64,000 nt of DNA, from assembly GCA_039715015.1 (NCBI GenBank), contig JBDLIE010000004.1:1-64000 (forward strand). The letters are read 5' to 3'. The position numbers and the translations under genes were made by a program. The stretch is from Thermodesulfobacteriota bacterium (GTDB taxonomy: Bacteria; Desulfobacterota; Desulfobulbia; Desulfobulbales; SURF-16). A model generated the notes under the pieces. The model was not told where the DNA came from. It did not search any database and saw only the letters and a program-made list of their open reading frames with translations. Below, one piece after another: positions 60,765-64,000 of this stretch (position 1 is the stretch's first letter; the number at the start of each line of letters is the position of its first letter).

Positions 60765-62078
60765 ATGGACTATCAACAGGCCTGGGCCTATCTCGACAAT
60801 CTCCAATTTTTTAAGATCAAGCTTGGCCTGGACTCCATGTCTGAGTTCCTAGGGCGGGTGGGTAATCCTCAGGACAAGCTGCAATGTATCCATGTGGGCG
60901 GCACCAATGGCAAAGGTTCGGTCGCCATGAACCTGCTTACCCTGTTAAAGGCAGGGGGCTACAGGGTAGGTCTCTACACCTCTCCTCATCTGAGTTCGGT
61001 TCGGGAACGTTTCCGGATTAATGACGATTATATTTCAGAGGAGGATTTTGCCGCCATTGCCACAGAGATTGCCACTGTTCTTGGCGACAGTCAGATCACC
61101 TATTTTGAATTCACCACAGCCTTGGCCCTTCTGTGGTTTGCCAACCAGAAAGTTGACCTCGTTATTCTTGAGGTGGGGCTTGGTGGCCGTCTTGATGCGA
61201 CGAATGTTGTCAAACCGCTGGTCTCGGTAATTACCAATGTCTCCATGGACCATGAGGCCTATCTGGGCACGACCTTGTCGGAGGTTGCCTTTGAAAAGGC
61301 CGGCATTATTAAGCCCGGAGCATCGGTGGTGAGCGGCGTTGATCAAGATGTCAGTAGGGAGGTTGTTACGGCCCGTTGTGCTGAGATGGGGGCAGAGCTT
61401 TGGATATTCGGCCGGGAATTTAGCCATGAAGATAATGGTGATGGGAGCTGGACCTATCAAGGTGTCAGTAAAAAGATATCCGGCCTCAAATGTGGGATGC
61501 GCGGCGATTACCAGCGCGATAATTCATCCCTGGCCCTGGCTGTGTGTGAGCTTCTTGAGGGCAAAGGCTGGCCCCTTGGCGACAACGTTGTCCGGGCCCA
61601 GCTCAGCAAGGTTTATTGGCCTGGTCGCCTGGAGTATTTTTGTTTGGATGAGGAGGGGCGGCGGCTGAACGAGGAGACGCTGACAGCACGTGGCAGAAAA
61701 TATTTGCTTGATGGCGCCCATAACCCTGCGGGGATGGAGAGTTTGTGCACCAGCCTGCGCAATGAATTTTCCTATAAACGCCTGATTTGTGTCTGGGCTG
61801 CCATGGCGGATAAGGATCTTGGCACCACCCTGGCTGCTATCTCCCCCTTTTGCGACATCATCATCTTTACCCGGCCTGAATCGGAGCGCTCTGCCACTCT
61901 GGAGCAATTACGTGGGGCCTTGGAGGATTTTGACGGCGAGATTTTTGAAGAGCCGCAGGTAGAGGGGGCCTTGCAGAGTGCTCAGGATCTGGCAGAGTGC
62001 GAGGATCTCATCCTGGTTGCCGGTTCCCTTTATCTGGTGGGAGCGGCCCGCAGTCAGCTGCTTGGGGAGATTGTCTGA
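60765..62078 (+). CDS. folC: Folylpolyglutamate / dihydrofolate synthase
   Basis: HVGGTNGKGS, YTSPHL, EVGLGGRLDATN, WPGRLE, LDGAHN. Confidence 0.95.
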   Translation: MDYQQAWAYLDNLQFFKIKLGLDSMSEFLGRVGNPQDKLQCIHVGGTNGKGSVAMNLLTLLKAGGYRVGLYTSPHLSSVRERFRINDDYISEEDFAAIATEIATVLGDSQITYFEFTTALALLWFANQKVDLVILEVGLGGRLDATNVVKPLVSVITNVSMDHEAYLGTTLSEVAFEKAGIIKPGASVVSGVDQDVSREVVTARCAEMGAELWIFGREFSHEDNGDGSWTYQGVSKKISGLKCGMRGDYQRDNSSLALAVCELLEGKGWPLGDNVVRAQLSKVYWPGRLEYFCLDEEGRRLNEETLTARGRKYLLDGAHNPAGMESLCTSLRNEFSYKRLICVWAAMADKDLGTTLAAISPFCDIIIFTRPESERSATLEQLRGALEDFDGEIFEEPQVEGALQSAQDLAECEDLILVAGSLYLVGAARSQLLGEIV

Positions 62079-62389
62079 TGACTCATTTCTATTTTGACGG
62101 GGTGGATGAAACCATTATCCGCCAGGAACGGGACAAGGCCCGTAAACTCCGTAAAAGCGGCTGGTGGCAGAAGAAGATTGCCAGTGGTCTCTGCCATTAC
62201 TGCGGTGGGCAGTTTAAGCCCAAAGAGTTGACCATGGATCATCTCACCCCCGTTGCCAGGGGAGGTGCGAGCAATAAGGGGAATCTGGTTGCCGCCTGCA
62301 AAGAGTGTAATAATAAAAAGAAGAACCTGCTGCCCTATGAATGGGATGAGTACATGGAGACGATCCGGCAGGGCAGCGAAAAAGAGTAG
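62078..62389 (+). CDS. Small HNH endonuclease-domain protein
   Basis: CHYCG, TMDHLTP, NLVAACKECNNKK; TGATG coupling to folC. Confidence 0.88.
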   Translation: MTHFYFDGVDETIIRQERDKARKLRKSGWWQKKIASGLCHYCGGQFKPKELTMDHLTPVARGGASNKGNLVAACKECNNKKKNLLPYEWDEYMETIRQGSEKE

Positions 62390-62490
62390 GCAATTTTGAA
62401 AAAATGCACTGTCAGGCACGCTGGAGGATTGCCCCGCTAGAGTACCTTCCCATTCGGCACATTTCTGGTTGTTGACAAGAAATGAGATGC

Positions 62491-63642
62491 TCAAGTTGTT
62501 TGAGTTTGGCAGGCAAAACCGTTTGCCGACTTCTCAGTGCTCCCCAGTTCACCGACTTCCCCCATGCAGATACCGATCTCCCGGGCGGTTTTTACCCGGT
62601 TACCATCCCGTGGCACCTGTTTCCTGTTTCTTATTGCATCGGCCAAGGGCACGGATGTCATGGCATCACCGGTCAGAGCCACCATGTGGTCAAATTTTCC
62701 TTCTTCAACAAGGCGGACGGCCATGGCCCCGAAACGAAGGGCCAGCAACCTGTCAAAGGTGGTTGGCGATCCACCCCGTTGGAGATGACCCAAGACCAGG
62801 GAACGGGTGTCCTTGCCGGTGCGGATGTTGATCTCTCTGGCAACCCACTCGCCGATACCGCCTAGGACCTTTTCCGCCCTGCCTATCTCACCATTTCCTT
62901 TATGGATAACCTCTTGGTTCTGGGCCCTGGCCCCTTCGGCCACGACAACGATTGCATAGTCCTTGCAATGCAGCTCATTATCATCAAGCTTCTTACAGAC
63001 CTCGTCCATGTTAAAGGGGATCTCTGGAATAAGAATAATATCAGCACCACCGGAAATGCCGGAGTTCATCGCTATCCAGCCGGAATCTCGGCCCATGACC
63101 TCCACCACCATGACCCTGTCGTGCGATTTTGCGGTGGAGTGGAGTTTGTCCAAGGCCTCGGTGGCTGTTGAAACCGCTGTGTCAAAACCAAAGGTGAGCT
63201 GGGTGGCCTCAAGATCATTGTCAATGGTCTTGGGAACTCCGACAACCGGCATGCCTTTTTCCTCAGCAAAACGATGGGCGATTTCCAGGCTGCCATCACC
63301 GCCCACGGCAATATGGCAGCAGAAGCCCATGCGTTTAAAATGTTTCACAACCCGTTCTGAAACATCATGGATCTCAATCTCACCGGCCAGATTCTCGATG
63401 GGCATGGCAAAGGGATTGCCCTTATTGGTCGAGCCAATAATGGTGCCCCCGGTGGAGGTGATGTCTTCAACCATCTCAGGGGTCAAGCGGATCATCTCTT
63501 CAGAATTTAAAAGACCGAGATAGCCGCTGCGGCTGCCGTACACCTCCCAGCCCCGCGCATGGGATGCTTTAACCACAGCATAGATAACGGCATTAAGCCC
63601 TGGTGCATCGCCACCGCCGGTGGAAATCACAATTTTTTTCAT
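62491..63642 (-). CDS. pfkA: 6-phosphofructokinase (PfkA family)
   Basis: TGGGDAPGLN, GGDGS, PKTIDND, EVMGR, LGHLQRGG. Confidence 0.93.
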   Translation of the reverse strand: MKKIVISTGGGDAPGLNAVIYAVVKASHARGWEVYGSRSGYLGLLNSEEMIRLTPEMVEDITSTGGTIIGSTNKGNPFAMPIENLAGEIEIHDVSERVVKHFKRMGFCCHIAVGGDGSLEIAHRFAEEKGMPVVGVPKTIDNDLEATQLTFGFDTAVSTATEALDKLHSTAKSHDRVMVVEVMGRDSGWIAMNSGISGGADIILIPEIPFNMDEVCKKLDDNELHCKDYAIVVVAEGARAQNQEVIHKGNGEIGRAEKVLGGIGEWVAREINIRTGKDTRSLVLGHLQRGGSPTTFDRLLALRFGAMAVRLVEEGKFDHMVALTGDAMTSVPLADAIRNRKQVPRDGNRVKTAREIGICMGEVGELGSTEKSANGFACQTQTT

Positions 63643-64000
63643 AACAATCACCCAGTACGAAATTCTATGCAAAAAAAAGGAATGTATATAAAGGGAAAGG
63701 GTACCCTTACGTAGTTACTTCTTTGCAAAGTATAAAGAATGCTTGCAGGTCAGACAAACCTTAAAAGCAAAAGAAGGCAAAATAATAACTTTTTGTTGTA
63801 GTCAATTGATTGACATCGTTTAAGTTTCCTCTTAAATTGCTATAAATTGATGAATGGGGGGTTGCTTCTGACGAACAATGGATTATTGTATGTCATTATT
63901 AAATGCAACAAATGTGTTGTTGTTGGCAATTCTCTTTGTTTGCTGTAAACGACGAAAATAATATGAACATGCCATGGTTGGCAATTCATAGGAGGATTTT

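Noticed and set aside
62078..62389. HNH protein as a mobile homing endonuclease or defence gene
   Set aside because: It is small, translationally coupled to folC, host-like in composition, and shows no insertion signatures.
1..64000. Many antisense or alternate-frame ORFs in the track (e.g. 8385-8942, 45039-45749, 62963-63523)
   Set aside because: They overlap well-supported genes and have no motifs of their own, so they are treated as shadow ORFs.

Overview
A 64 kb chromosomal window from an anaerobic deltaproteobacterium; a Desulfobulbaceae-like sulfate/sulfur metaboliser is my inference from gene content and order. Most of it is housekeeping: pilC, ihf, lpxD-fabZ-lpxA-lpxI, murU/amgK-like, der, dapL, fused hisHF, mlaEFDAC, rpmF-plsX-fabH...fabG-acpP-fabF-rpiB-glyA-nrdR-rib-nusB-ftsK, nikR plus a Ni/Co ECF transporter, a UvrD-family helicase, folC and pfkA. 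Three things stand out. (1) In the fatty-acid synthesis operon, the usual fabD slot holds an acyl-CoA dehydrogenase, EtfB and a ferredoxin-fused EtfA, a Bcd/CarCDE-like module that may be an undescribed electron-bifurcating enoyl reductase step. (2) A 7,854-bp integrative, satellite-like element (tyrosine integrase plus VapE ATPase) sits in hisHF, bounded by a 652-bp direct repeat with a mostly synonymously diverged tail, and carries integron-like attC cassettes. (3) A ~3.45-kb insertion at the ftsK 3' end, bounded by a diverged ftsK duplicate, holds an IS91-like remnant and a RAYT-type HUH transposase with 27-bp inverted ends, followed by a nested ladder of copies that all end at the same right terminus. 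I saw no rRNA, tRNA or CRISPR array. All calls come from reading sequence and motifs by eye; no database searches were run.
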